64,000 nt of DNA from Lingula anatina (taxonomy: Eukaryota; Animalia; Brachiopoda). Each line of letters opens with the position of its first letter. Within the stretch, counting starts at the first letter, position 1. Shown piece after piece: positions 24,817 through 38,457 of this stretch. The position numbers and the translations under genes are program-made. Under the pieces are notes generated by a model. The model worked only from the letters and a program-made list of their open reading frames with translations. It searched no databases and was not told the origin of the DNA. The stretch lies in the NCBI GenBank assembly GCA_051362555.1, contig CM120644.1:17072534-17136533 (forward strand), in the 5' to 3' direction.

Positions 24817-27800
24817 AGGAGGGGAGGAGAGAGAGAGAGAGAAATGAAGGGAAAAACAAGGCAAATAAGCAAAAAAAAGTAACATCACATAATTTCCTGA
24901 AAGCTTCAATCTAACGGCTTAAAATAACTGTAAATAATTATGCAAGAGTGAGAGGACAAGAATTCTCACATTTCAATTAATAAACAAACACAACCAACTC
25001 CAAGGATTAGATGTAAATGCCTGATCAATGGGTTGAGTCAAAATAATTCACTTCTGCAAGTCTACAACAAATTTATCTCCATCATATCCTTCATTTGTGG
25101 GCCAAAATATTTTCAAAATCAATAACGAGTGTATCAAAAAAGTAATGTGATCAATGATTTGCTGTTTAGATCAAGATACAGCACTCGCAACTAAATTGAT
25201 CTTTAACTTTCTAAAATTGACAGGATCCATTTACAACCATCCTCAATTAGAAACTAAAATAGAATGCTGTTGCCGGAATCAATCTCAATTTTTGTAACTT
25301 CATTCAGGCCAACTTCCAATTTGCTTTATTTAGAAAGTCCAAAATGACAAAATCATTTAAATGCTTGTCATGTTTCTAAATCTGCCCCCCGTCTGTTTGT
25401 GATTTCCCTTCCATAAGACTGTATTGCATGGCAGAAATCAGCAACATCTAAATAGACTCCGTACTTTCTAAATTTGTTCGAGTTAATGTGCCAATACAAT
25501 GTTCCACTACAATCAATTTAAAAGTTCAATGCAACACTTAACCTCTTAAACAATCACCAGCTTTCTAAATGGGTCTATTTTTATACATACCCATCTATTT
25601 TTAAGTATAATCAATGAAAAGATAAGAATGGAACAAGTACGAAGTTCTTGACAGATCATTATTTTTATTATCAAATTTGACAGGACACTATCTTAAATAA
25701 ATTGCAACTTTCTAAAAATACAACTCCTATGATTAATGAATTTTCATTAGAAAGCTGACAGGGCATTCAGTATTGTACTTTACTTGTCCTCACTTTCCTA
25801 ATGTATTAAATGCCCTTATTTTTTCTGTCTGAACTTATCAGTACAGTTATTCAAATTTGGAATGAGGAAAAACACAGATATGCAAAACCAATTAAAATAA
25901 TCAATATCTCGAGTGATTACAGTAACTACAACAGAAAAGGCGATGCAACTGTCCCTGTAAGTTTCATAACAAAAAAAAAATAATAATAATAACCTTTGGC
26001 TCAGGAAAAAAAACGAATTGGGGAAAAACAACCACCAAAGCCTTATTATTCATATAAATAGCTTGATGGCATCTCGCATTAGCCAGTGCAATTTCTTCAC
26101 TTCCCGAAGAGATTACATTTAGATTAAATGAGCATCAAGGTGTCTATTTTTAGATCCATTTGCCGAGAAATCTTTGAATTATTTACAAGCCTAGCTCGAC
26201 TCCCGGTAAACACTAGAGGCCTGTTTGGAGTATTCCAAGAAATCAATTCATGCTCTGAGGGCCCTGAAGACTTTTTCTCTATACTCTAGGTTATGGGTTA
26301 ATAAGTAAATAGTTTTTGCTGTTGTACTTTTAAACTCAATGCTATCTTCTATCAAGAAAGTTTTGTCATTCAAGAAAAAAGCAGCTTTGTTTTCCGATTT
26401 CACCCATCAATGGACCAACCAAATTCATTTTCAAATAACGATTAAAATAAGGGAAGGGCGGGGGGGGGGGGAGGGGGGGGGGGGGGGCTGTTTGGTCCTA
26501 ATCTTACCTCTCTGGTATGTAAGGAAGTCAGGCTGCCATTACTGGACTGTAGCATTGTGTTACTGGGGGGAGAGTTTGGTCCTGAATCTGGCGTGCTTCC
26601 GCTGGACATTCCAGTGTCAACTGAAACAACAACATGAAATTAACCTTTTTTATACATACAAAATGAATGTTATAAAATTCTATAAATTTAGTCAGCTTGA
26701 TTCAGGCGTGGTCACGAAATAGGATATTATGTGTTCAACTTATTTAAAGCATAACACAATCCAAAAGTTTTTATGGCTCGTGTCAGATTTACAGAAGGTT
26801 GCAAAAAGAAAACCCCATGTAATGGCCACTAAAACAGCTTATTTGTCCACCCTAGGTAAACAGATGTATTTAAAATAAAGAAAATGGCGAAAAGTCCTCA
26901 TCACAATTATTTCACTGATCATATATCATGCAAACTAGTTCTTGTGATGCAGATGCATTGTAATCTTCGTTATAACTCCAAAAGTTTACAAAGTTAAAGT
27001 CTACTAGATACTCTTCATTCTTGTCAAAAATTATATAAATCAATTTTTCTTAGGTGTTGGACTAATTCTCATAGTATTAAAACTTATGAACTCAGGATTC
27101 AAACAGTCCCTCACCTCCTAACGGTTTTCTACTTTTTAGTGACAATGGCGTCCGATTTCTCCGCTGTATCAGTGGACTACTCCGCCTCTCGATCACTTTC
27201 TGTTTTAACACGGAACGCACCTTTAAATTGGGTTCGGAGGCTGAAATACAGATAACAATAACAGATAAATTGCTATACATGGCATTTTTATGGTAGTAGA
27301 CCAATGAAAATTTCTCAATCAAAAAGGTAAACTGCTCGCAGCAGAGCTATCAGTATAAGAAAGACAGTGAAAGCAGTCCCAATATTTTAAAATTTTTATT
27401 TAGAGCTAACTTGGTTACACTTTCTTCTTTCAGGAATGAGACCACCGTTTAGTGAAAAAGTTGGAAAATATGGTGTGGGGTCCTGGGTTCCACCCAGACC
27501 AATGATATTTTTGGTTCCCTCAAGAAATTGGAAATCCACAGACAGATAGTCAGAATGATCTCATCCCTGTTGATCATGCTACTAAGAAAATAACTCCTAC
27601 CTGTTCTCCGTAATTGGTTTAATTCATCAAACTGTCCCAGCAAGTGTGGCCGATAGGGCGGAGACAGGCTTGCACTGGGCGGAGAACTCTGATCTAGTGA
27701 ACTGTGATGAGCCCTGGATGGAAAATGTTTGAGACGGAACTGAATATCTCAAAATGATATGCATTTGAAAAGAAATGTTATGAATTTGTTACTGTCCTAC

Positions 27801-28976
27801 AACCAAATTAAGTGCTGCCTCAACAAGTTTATAGTTTTGACTTAATTATTCATTGGGACAAATGAAACAAACTGCAATGGACCCTGAATCATTATATATA
27901 TTTTAGATATGAATGAAGTGATTTAAAAGTTGGCACCCTTACTGAAAAATTGAAAAGAGCAAAAAATTATTTTTAAGTTCAATTTCACATTGCGAGTATA
28001 CCAATCAATTTTCTGTCAGTCATCTTCACAAGAAAATTTGCATAATGCTCTAGCAGCTCAACTATCTACATTATCAGGTCTATTTCAAGGTGACCAAATG
28101 AATGGCAATCCAAATCAATCGACCGTAGGAGTGAAAAATACCATTTGTTATGTCACATGTGCCACCATTGAGATAAAAACACCAAACAATTTAAATTCAC
28201 ATCACGTGGAGTGCATAGCTTTCATGCTTTCATGATCAAATCGTGATAAAGAGACCCCAAATTTGCAGAATCAATCAGTATCAGATCAATTCCAATAGAA
28301 CCACGTGTCAAGTAGCTGTCAATATCACAGGACAAAATGCAATACCAAACACAATACCAAACGCAATCCTCATTCTAGGCCATATAGTACAAAATTATCT
28401 ACGCAATCCTCATTCTAGGCCAAATAGTACAAAATTATCTCCTTATCTCTAACTGACCATACCTAAATTGGCTTTACTAAGGTTTATAGTTCTGATTGAA
28501 ATCAAACTAGTGCCAGAAGGGTAAACTGATTTTCTTTCAGTGAATTTTTAATAATGGTGTCAGGTGATTGGCTTCGTGCTGTGGGGCCACTGACTTGATT
28601 ACTGCCAGTCCTGTAAAACAGAACTGCTCATGTGAAAACAGTGTGAACCCCGTCGCGTTATCTAGGCATGAACGAGATTTGCTCATTATTCTGATATTTT
28701 TGGGATTATCAACAGGAGGGATAGGCCAATTGTGAGTGATATGAACCACAAATATAGGTACTTATCAGATAGCTGATAGGCCTACGATGAGAGATTTGGT
28801 GACAAAAGCCTTGTGAAAATGTTATTTCACGTGTCAGCCTAAAATATGTCTGCTATTCTGTACATAACTTTGTATGGTGACTCTGCTTCTCATGATTTTT
28901 TAACCTTTCTTGCCTTTTTGTATAAATTTGTTATTATTATTTGTCTTGTAGGATTTCATAAAAGACATTAAAAGAA

Positions 28977-29074
<98 letters not shown>

Positions 29075-31804
29075 AGATACAAACTGACCATCTAAATTGA
29101 CTGGAATTTCGTATATTGTTAACTGCTGCTTCTCGTTGCTTCTTATTTAGCACAAATTCCTGGAGCTTCTGTTTCACTGCCATCGAAGCAATTGCACCTG
29201 TAATTCAAAATCAATTTAACAGAAAACAATAAAACAGACTTTGAGTATTCAATGTGTTCTTCTGTTATCAACCTTCTTTTCCTCAATCATGTTTTTATGC
29301 TATCAAATTTTCATAACAGCACAATACAAAATTTAAATCCACAGTTCAATATCTTCCACAAGACCAATCATATAGCTAATACAAATAGTGTAGTTCACCA
29401 AAAATTCAAAATTCCTACATTTATCAAGCTTATATTGTAGTCAAAGGACCAATGCTCCGGTAATTCTCCATACTTGACATTACCTTCAAAGGTTAATTTT
29501 TGGGGATAATTTGTAATTTCATTTCTAAGAATTTAATGGATTCTCTTCACTCTACCTCCATATTTCAAAGAATTAAAGGTACCGCCTATCACTACATAGT
29601 TTAGACAATTTGACACGCCCCTCCCTCTCCTCCTCCTCCACCCCTCACTATCACACTGAGGCTCTTACTCTGTTGCTCTAGGGATTTGTTCTTGATTTGC
29701 GCCAGTTTCTCCTCTTGCATCTTCTGCTCCAAACGATGCTGTTCTTCGAGCTTCCGCTGCTGCTCAAGAAATTCCTGCTGTTTCTGAAGCATCAGCATGT
29801 GTTGCTGGAAAAATGCGCATTTTTTTATAATAAAAATTCAAAATTGGTTTAATCTGATAAACTGAAAATTCAACCATATATGTTTACCTTTCCTTTCACC
29901 TTCTATTTTTTTTTTCAAAATTTTAAGTTGTTACACTTATGATTATGATATGTGTGAAGATATTTTTTATCTATATTTTGAACTTAAAGGTACCATGGCA
30001 GAGATGCCACCCAAGAAGGTGCAAGTTAAACGTCCAAGAATAACTGAAGAAACAAAATGAATTGATGAATAAAATTATCCTGATCATTCAATAAAACTTT
30101 TAAACTACTCAATGAAGTCATGTCAGTCAGTCAGTCAGTCAGTCTAATTGCATTCAGCAACATATCCCACATAGTTGAGTAAATGTACAGTTAGCTCTTG
30201 CGATCTAATTTATTTGAACAGTCCCATAGGGTATATTCCTATCGTAATAACTGTGGATCGATCTATCTCTGAAGGGATTTTCGCTAAACTGCAATCAACA
30301 CAAGTCACTTGGATGTCTGTCATGCCTACTGAAGCTTCTAGGGGGTAATTAATTAATTATTGTTTTGCAGCTTTAGTAGGCAGACATTTAAGCCGCTTGA
30401 GCTGAAAGCAATTTAGCGAGAAACCCCTCAGTGATGATTCGATCCTGTTAAATTGATCTAGGTATGGGAACCAAGTCGTACACAACACAACTACCTACCC
30501 GAACTTTCAGGTGCTCTTCCAGTTGTTTTTCATGCATGGCAGCCAGCTGGTTTTGTTCCTGCTGGTATTTCTCGATCAGGCGTTGGTGCTCGATCTGCTG
30601 GTAATGTTTCAGGCGTAATATTTCATTTTGAATATTCGTGGTGTCGCCACCGCCGTGTGAATGCACGTCCGTCTTCCGTACCATCATGGGGGAACTAAGA
30701 GGGGAGTTAACTGTTATATCTGAAAATAAAAATCTTTTGCTATAATATATGAGCTGAATTAGGTAAAGGTTTTTTGGAGGAGTTAGCAGCACTAACTAGG
30801 TAAGAAGCTTTTTGTAGTTAAGTACCTCTATTTCTAATTTTTGTCTCTCCAGCATAAAAAAATATATTATAAATCTTTATATTTGGATATAAACATGCAC
30901 CAAATTCATGATTCCCTTCAAAGAAAAAGTAGCAAAAACGAATACCAACAGTTAGCATCCTCCTTGCCAACAAGTTGATGGCACTTTCAGACACTAAAAA
31001 AACTACCACAACTGTCAAATACCAAATGGCATTTGAGTAAACAGACCTAACAGGGTGAAAAATTTGGTCTTTAAATCAAACGCAAGACATAAATCAACTA
31101 GGTCCCTTATGTTATGCATTGTTCTGGGTATTTACATTGTTTACAACATAGATACTTACATATGACACTAGAAAATGGACTTAAATAGGAAAACATGTTC
31201 TCATTTTCATCAGCCTCGCTCTCCTCAAATATTATGCTATACACGCTATTCAGGTTTTCCCTGGGATAAAAATTGGTATATGCCATATTGCAATGGTTCG
31301 GTGAACTCTAAATATAATGTGTCACAATAACATCACACAACTGTATCCAAATATCATCCACATTTTCTCCCTCAAATCGTACTGCAATGGCTAGAGATAA
31401 ATAACTATATCAATGGAGTGAGATTGCTTATAAACCCGTCTAAATTTATCTAATTTTATCATCTGGGTTGTTGTTATCCGAGTTGTCTATAATTGGAGGT
31501 TTCAAATTGGCTATCCAACTTGTTCTACTGGTGCAATCTGATTATCAATACCAACAAGAATATCCACACATATGCTCTTTTTTTCTCAAATAATATTTCT
31601 AAAGATATATCAATAGATAAATAATGATTCTCCCCATCTATAAGTAGACTAGACTAATGACTAATTAATTTAAAAGGGGAAAGAAATCCTAAGATACTCC
31701 AGTTCAATCCAATTATTTTGCTGGTAATAACCGAAACCCCTCAGTTTCAACAGGGAGATATTTTTTCAATTAATCTTCTGTGTGCGCATGCATATGCGTG
31801 CACG

Positions 31805-31836
<32 letters not shown>

Positions 31837-34800
31837 ACATTGCCCCAGCATTCATCCAAATTCAAAAAAATATTCATTTCTTCAGCTAAAACAAATTTCA
31901 CACCACAGTTAATTTGAACACATTTGCCACTAATGGCGCCTCAATTTCTGTACATAACAAGGTCAAGCAACTCCCACTGGTTCAAGTAAATTGGAAAACA
32001 CATCAAAATAGCTCAGAATTGTGACGTAAATCAACCCCCAGTGACATTCTTTTCATTAAGGTGTTTACCAACTTAGGAGCATAATCAAGTGAATGCATTC
32101 AGATTACCATGCCTCCTCTTGTTTCCAACTTATTCGTATAATCACCAATTTTCTATATTCTCCTCGGCGCCAGAAAGGAGGGGTGTTCATCTTTAAATCT
32201 GATAGAATTCTGGGAGAGTCCCCGCAGAGTTGGATCGATCCACTTAGAATGATGGTTTCATTGGGAATTAGCCCTAAGGCCCTTTAGACACTGAGTGGTA
32301 TATATACAAGCGCTATATTCCAGCCACCTTTAATAATTACGTCATTTCCAACTGTGCTCCATACATACCTACACGCGGTTCGCGTTCGACGTACTCATAA
32401 CGGCTCGTCTGGGTGACTCCCTATCGCCACCATGTCCATGACGTAATTATCAAACATAGCAAAAAATGTATCTTTTCACCTAATTTTATACTTATTTTGA
32501 AGAGGAATATATATGTGATACAGTTTGTATAGGTTCACTTTGAGAAATTGACAACTTAATTGCCTGGTAATTACATAAGAGAGTCACCAAAACAGAGACC
32601 CTGTGTTAAACACAGCTAATCACAGTAAAAACTTTAAAATTCAGTCACTTAAAAATTAACTAATATCTAAAAATACACGAATCAGACAGGGCCATATTAC
32701 TTGACAGACTTTGCAAAATTATCAAGAGGTAGATTTTTAAGTTTGACAAAATTGTCAAAGTAACAAAAAATTACAGCTGTGGAGAATTGCCCTCTGACAA
32801 AATTTTCAAGATCAAAAAAATTTTCAAGTTTTTATTGTAATTAACTTTTCCCCAAACAGCAGAAAGCGAACTTGTGAAAAGGAGTAAAGCCCCCTGTATT
32901 GTTACTATATTGAAAACACTCTCAAAGCATTAGAGTCGAGGCGTCATTTGAACAGCCACTGGCCTCAAAAGACATCCCGTTAGTAGATTTTCAAAGACGG
33001 CCAGACGGCTTGTAAAATATTTTGGAGAATGACGGCATATTTGTAGTTGGATTCCCTGTAAATCTGTGACCGAATATCAGCTCAACATTTTGGACTCCCT
33101 GTACCCCAAATCCTGGGGAAACCCCTGATGCAGTAGAACTGACTTACTACGATACAGAACTCGATGGTAAAAAGGTCTTTAGTGTATTACTATACTATCG
33201 CATGTTAAGGGTCCACAGGAAAAAAAATTTTTTTTTTTGTTGTGATGATTGTAGTATTTGATGCTTCCATTCTAAACACATACTTTCAGTCATAATATTT
33301 CTCTAGTTCTTATTTTAACCACTCCAATTAAGAAACCATATCAAAAACAGATCAGAATTGCGGTGATGTACGAGATATTGCTATCAATTGTCTGTTGTAT
33401 GCAGTGAAGTCTTAAAAGTTAATGTGTTTTTAATTACAACCAGTGGGATGCATAATCTCCTAATCCTATTTCCTGCCTTCTTATCGAGCTTCTTACATGC
33501 TCTTTCTAAAACGAGAAACAATTGACAATCGCGACCAAAACACCTGTGCTACACCCACACGTTATCACCCTCCCCCCCCAAATTGTCATCAACCAGAACA
33601 ATGGCCAACACCTACCTTTCTTTAAGCTGACCTATTTACCAACAAACAATCCTTTACCTAACAGTATTACAACACTGCTTTTCAACTGAAAGAAAACTAA
33701 CGTTTACCAAACCCAATATGGCTGCTGCTCAGAAATTTCAAACACCATTTATTACGAACATTTTCCTACTTCAAGATTTATAAGGTTAAGTGACACGCAG
33801 AGCAAAAGAAGATAATTTGAAAATTAACTAAACATAATAATCTCCCTTTTCAAATAGAACTGTTTAAGAATTTTTACGACAAAAACAATAGTCATAGGAT
33901 TTTTTTTTTGTTTGAATTTATCAAGAAATTACCATAGCTGTTTACAACTCCTACTACTGAATGAGCTAAAAAAAAAAAAAAACGACCTTGAGTCCTACCA
34001 ACAACCGCATTCCCTAAGGCTATTAATTATCTCGCTTAACTTTTCTTAATCGCTTAAAAACAAGTTGGTTTCTCCCACAGGCAATCCAGCAGTCAATAAA
34101 ACTTACCTTCTTTCTATAGTCTTTCAAACCATATGGTTAATAACAATATATAAAATGTGAACCTTTCCAAAATTTTAACAATGAGATGGATCTTTCTCTA
34201 AACTTGGCACATAAAACATCCTGTTTACCACGATAAAAATAAATTTCCCGTAACCAGTGTTAAAAACGTCAACAAGAGGGCTCATATTTTCCTCACAGCT
34301 GGCAAGTTTCTTGTACTTTTAAGATGTGTTTAGGGCAATACTGACATAATTTAAAATAGTAACTAAATAAATTGAAATCAACTTGATTAAATTCTTTTTT
34401 GTAATCATGACTTTTTGTTGGTATTATCCTAAAATTGATGCTTAAAAATGTTTTTGATCATTCGGCAGCATTGCAAAGTACTTTTTTCACTTTTTTCCTT
34501 GGGTACTAAAATTGACAAACTTGTAAATCAAATTTCAGAGCAAGAGAAGTGACGTCAGTATGCAACTATATATTGATGTCACTTAATTTGATTGTTTTGA
34601 CCATACTTTTATTTTCAATTTTCTCCTATCCTTCAAGCCTTTCACAAACAGTAGAGAAGTTTGCTCGCAATGTCTAAAAAAAAAAAAAAACTGTGCACAC
34701 ACTTAAAACCTATATTTTTTAAGCAACACATCCACAATAAATTGCATGTAGTGAATCAAATCCATGCAAATCCTTATAAAACATGACTCTCTAATTAATC

Positions 34801-35315
34801 AATTCATCATCAAATTCTACCAACTATCTTTGCAAAAAATAAAACATTTCTCATAACGAATCTTACCCTGAATCTACTCGCCTGCTTCAATAGTTCTTTA
34901 CGTCAAGTCAAGTACACTTATTTCCAATTCTTAGCCGGTGCAATGTATTATGGGCAGCGTGCCTTACTCATCTCTCACTCAACTCTCAATCAGGACTATC
35001 ATAATTTCACAGTTTTCTATTTTTAAATACATCTTCCATCGCAAATAGGGAGTAAAATCGATACATTTCATGTCTTGAATCCCTGCATGCCACTCAAAAT
35101 CAATGGTGACATTTTCAAAATGCAATCAGTATTATCTCATCTCCCAGAAACTTGGCAGTAATATCACGGCAGATATTGATCTTGCTTGACTTCTATTTAT
35201 AAATGGAAATAAGGAGGAGTGGTGTACTGGGCAGGGGGGGGGGGGAGGAACTGGGGTGGAGGGGGGGGGGGAGAAATGACACGTCATTGCATAAAATAAA
35301 GAGAGATAGATGTTG

Positions 35316-35350
<35 letters not shown>

Positions 35351-38300
35351 AATACACAAATGAAGGGGAGTTATGAGAAATAGGGCAAATGAGAAAAAAA
35401 AAGATGTTACATCACATAATTTCCTGAAAGCTTCAATCTAACGGCTTAAAATAGCTGTTAATAAATAAGCAGTATAAGATGGATTAATTTCGGTCTCATT
35501 GTCAGGATATTATCTGAAAGGAGAGTAATTTTAGCCATAGTAATTTCCTTTATAAATGGTGGCCATGACAATATATTTGACGACAAGTCCGAGAAAGAAG
35601 GCCAAAGCATAATTGCATACATCCTTTTCCATAATGTTGACGATGGACACAAGCATAAAAAATTCACACCAGTCTAACAGACTACCAAGTAAGCAAAATG
35701 CAAACCAATTCTTTGGCCACAAAATTAATCCATTCATAAGCAAAAACAATCATTTTTAAAGACATATTTTAAAAATATCTAACAAATTACACTTCTTGCA
35801 TAAACATGCCCGTTTAAAGTGAGGACCCGAAATACAAAATACTAACTAGAGGATCAGAGAGGCGATACCGCCTCCGAATATTGTACCACCAGCTGGAGCA
35901 AGCGCATTCATATAGACCCCCACATATACAAAATAAGGAACACAGCCACCAGTCTTGTGCTTGACAAGCTGTAAAAATGCAATCAACAAGAATTTTCAAA
36001 ATATGCAAAAAATATATATGTTACTAAAAATGGTACAATCAAAGTTAAGTTCATCGCAAGGTAGGTCAAAGGTCAATTCCAAGGTCACAGTAAATTGCCA
36101 GTATATGACTTCCTATTCAACTTCAATAGTAACTATGGGCCTATCTCTGCCAGGTTTGGAGTTAAAAGAGAAAGAAATTAGCAGAGTTCAGTTCATGATA
36201 ATAAGTAGGTCAAAGGTCAATTTCAAGGTCACACTTAGATTGCCAGTATATGACTTCCTATTCACGTTCAATAGTAACTATGGACCTATCTCTGCCAGTT
36301 TTGGAGATAAAGGGGAAGCAAACTATGCAAAGTTCAGTTCATGGTGAAAAGTAGGTCAAAGGTCAATTTTAAGGTCACTTTAAGATTGCCAGTATATGAC
36401 TTCCTATTCAACTTCAATAGAGACTATGGACCTATCTCTGCCAGTTTTGGAGATAAAAGGGAATCAAAATTTGCAAAGTTCAGTTCATGGTGAAAAGTAG
36501 GTCAAAGGTCAATTTTAAGGTCACATGTAGATTGCCAGTATATGACTTCCTGTTCAAGTTCAATAGAGACTATGGACCTATCTCTGCCAGTTTTGGAGAT
36601 AAAAGGGAAGCAAAATTTGCAAAGTTCAGTTCTTGGTGAAAAGAAGGTCAAAGGTCAATTTTAAGGTCACATTTGGATTGCCAGTATATGACTTCCTATT
36701 CAACTTCAATAGTAACTATGGACCTATCTCTGCCAGTTTTGGAGATAAAAGGGAATCAAAATTTGCAAAATTCAGTTCATGGTGTAAAGTAGGTCAAAGG
36801 TCAATTTTAAGGTCACATTTAGATTGCCAGTATATGACTTCCTATTCAACTTCAATAGTAACTATGGACCTATCTCTGCCAGTTTTGGAGATAAAAGGGA
36901 AGCAAAATTTGCAAAGTTCAGTTCATGGTGAAAAGTAGGTCAAAGGTCAATTTTAAGGTCACATTTAGATTGCCAGTATATGACTTCCTATTCAACTTCA
37001 ATAGTAACTATGGACCTATCTCTGCCAGTTTTGGAGATAAAAGGGAAGCAAAATTTGCAAAGTTCAGTTCATGGTGAAAAGTAGGTCAAAGGTCAATTTT
37101 AAGGTCACATTTAGATTGCCAGTATATGACTTCCTATTCAACTTCAATAGTAACTATGGACCTATCTCTGCAAGTTTTGGAGATAAATGGGAAGCAAAAT
37201 TTGCAAAGTTCAGTTCATGGTGAAAAGTAGGTCAAAGGTCAATTTTAAGGTCACATTTAGATTGCCAGTATATGACTTCCTATTCAAGTTCAATAGTAAC
37301 TATGGACCTATCTCTGCCAGTTTTGGAGATATAAGGGACTAAATGTTATAATTTTGGAGTTACCATAATGTGCCATAAATTTCCTACAAAAAAAATTAAT
37401 TAAAATAAAGAAAAGGTCATTTTGGTCAAAATTCTTGAAATGGGAGGTGCTCTGAAGTTCCAGATGTTCAAATTTGTTGAAATAATGTCATTTTTGACCA
37501 CAAGTTGTCTGCTTTGCCAAGCCTTATGTTTTATTTTTCCGGAGTTCAAAATTTATTATCCATTACCGTACTGCACATTTTGCTTTCACCACCAATATGT
37601 ACTTTTTGATACAGCGTAACTCGAAAACCGTATGGAATACAAAAAAACGGAGACCACCTCCAGTGTTGGGCTTTACATGCTCTACAAAATGCAAAAAAGA
37701 ATGGGTGTCTAGCATTAACGGTTCCCGAATTAGAGACAGTTTTCAGTTTCGATATCTTATGGCCGCTACTCCCGTGAAAATGCACCGATTGACCCCAAAT
37801 TCACGGAGATGAAAGATGACCTGAAGGGTAACACTTTCCATTAATATTATTAGTTAAGTCTGTGTGGTGTCTGAATAAGACCGCAAATAATTTTTTTTTC
37901 GGCAAAAATTTTGTTTTTTTGAAAATTTTGGCCCGTTTGACCTTAAAATAAAGGTCAAAGGTCAAATCCAAGGGCATATTTGAAATCTACACATATGACT
38001 TTTGGAAAGCTGTCTGTAGAAATTTTTCCCATAATTCCTTCTGTAGGGGAGATAATTAGCATTTAATTTTGCCATTTTTGGACAAGGGTGCATTGCAATG
38101 AGTGCCACACCTAGACCCCAATACCGACAAAGCCCAAATTTTACGTGGAACGAGTTGAGATTATAGGTGACCTAAATCCAAGAGATGGGTATGGAGGCCC
38201 TTACCGTCTAGGAGGAGAAGCGGTAACGGTGACTTGGCGGCGGAGCCGCAGGAGCCGCAGGAGCCGCAGGAGCCGCAGGAGCCGGCGGAACATACGGGTC

Positions 38301-38419
38301 GGGACTAAAACCATGTGTACCGCCAGCGCCTACGCTGGTGGTACAATAATACAAAACCAAGATGGATGTTACTTTTTCCTCTGCAGTGAAAACTGTCCCT
38401 AATATGGAATCAACAAATA

Positions 38420-38457
<38 letters not shown>

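Noticed and set aside
25570-26160. MEF2 consensus sites (CTATTTTTAA ~25595, CTATTTTTAG ~26143)
   Set aside because: YTAWWWWTAR is expected dozens of times by chance in 64 kb of AT-rich DNA, so these are not significant alone.
36040-37340. CRISPR-like or coding interpretation of the regular array (ORFs 35955-36347, 36633-36938)
   Set aside because: There are no unique spacers and whole units are repeated. The context is a eukaryotic intron inside a HINE, and the ORFs are by-products interrupted by stops.
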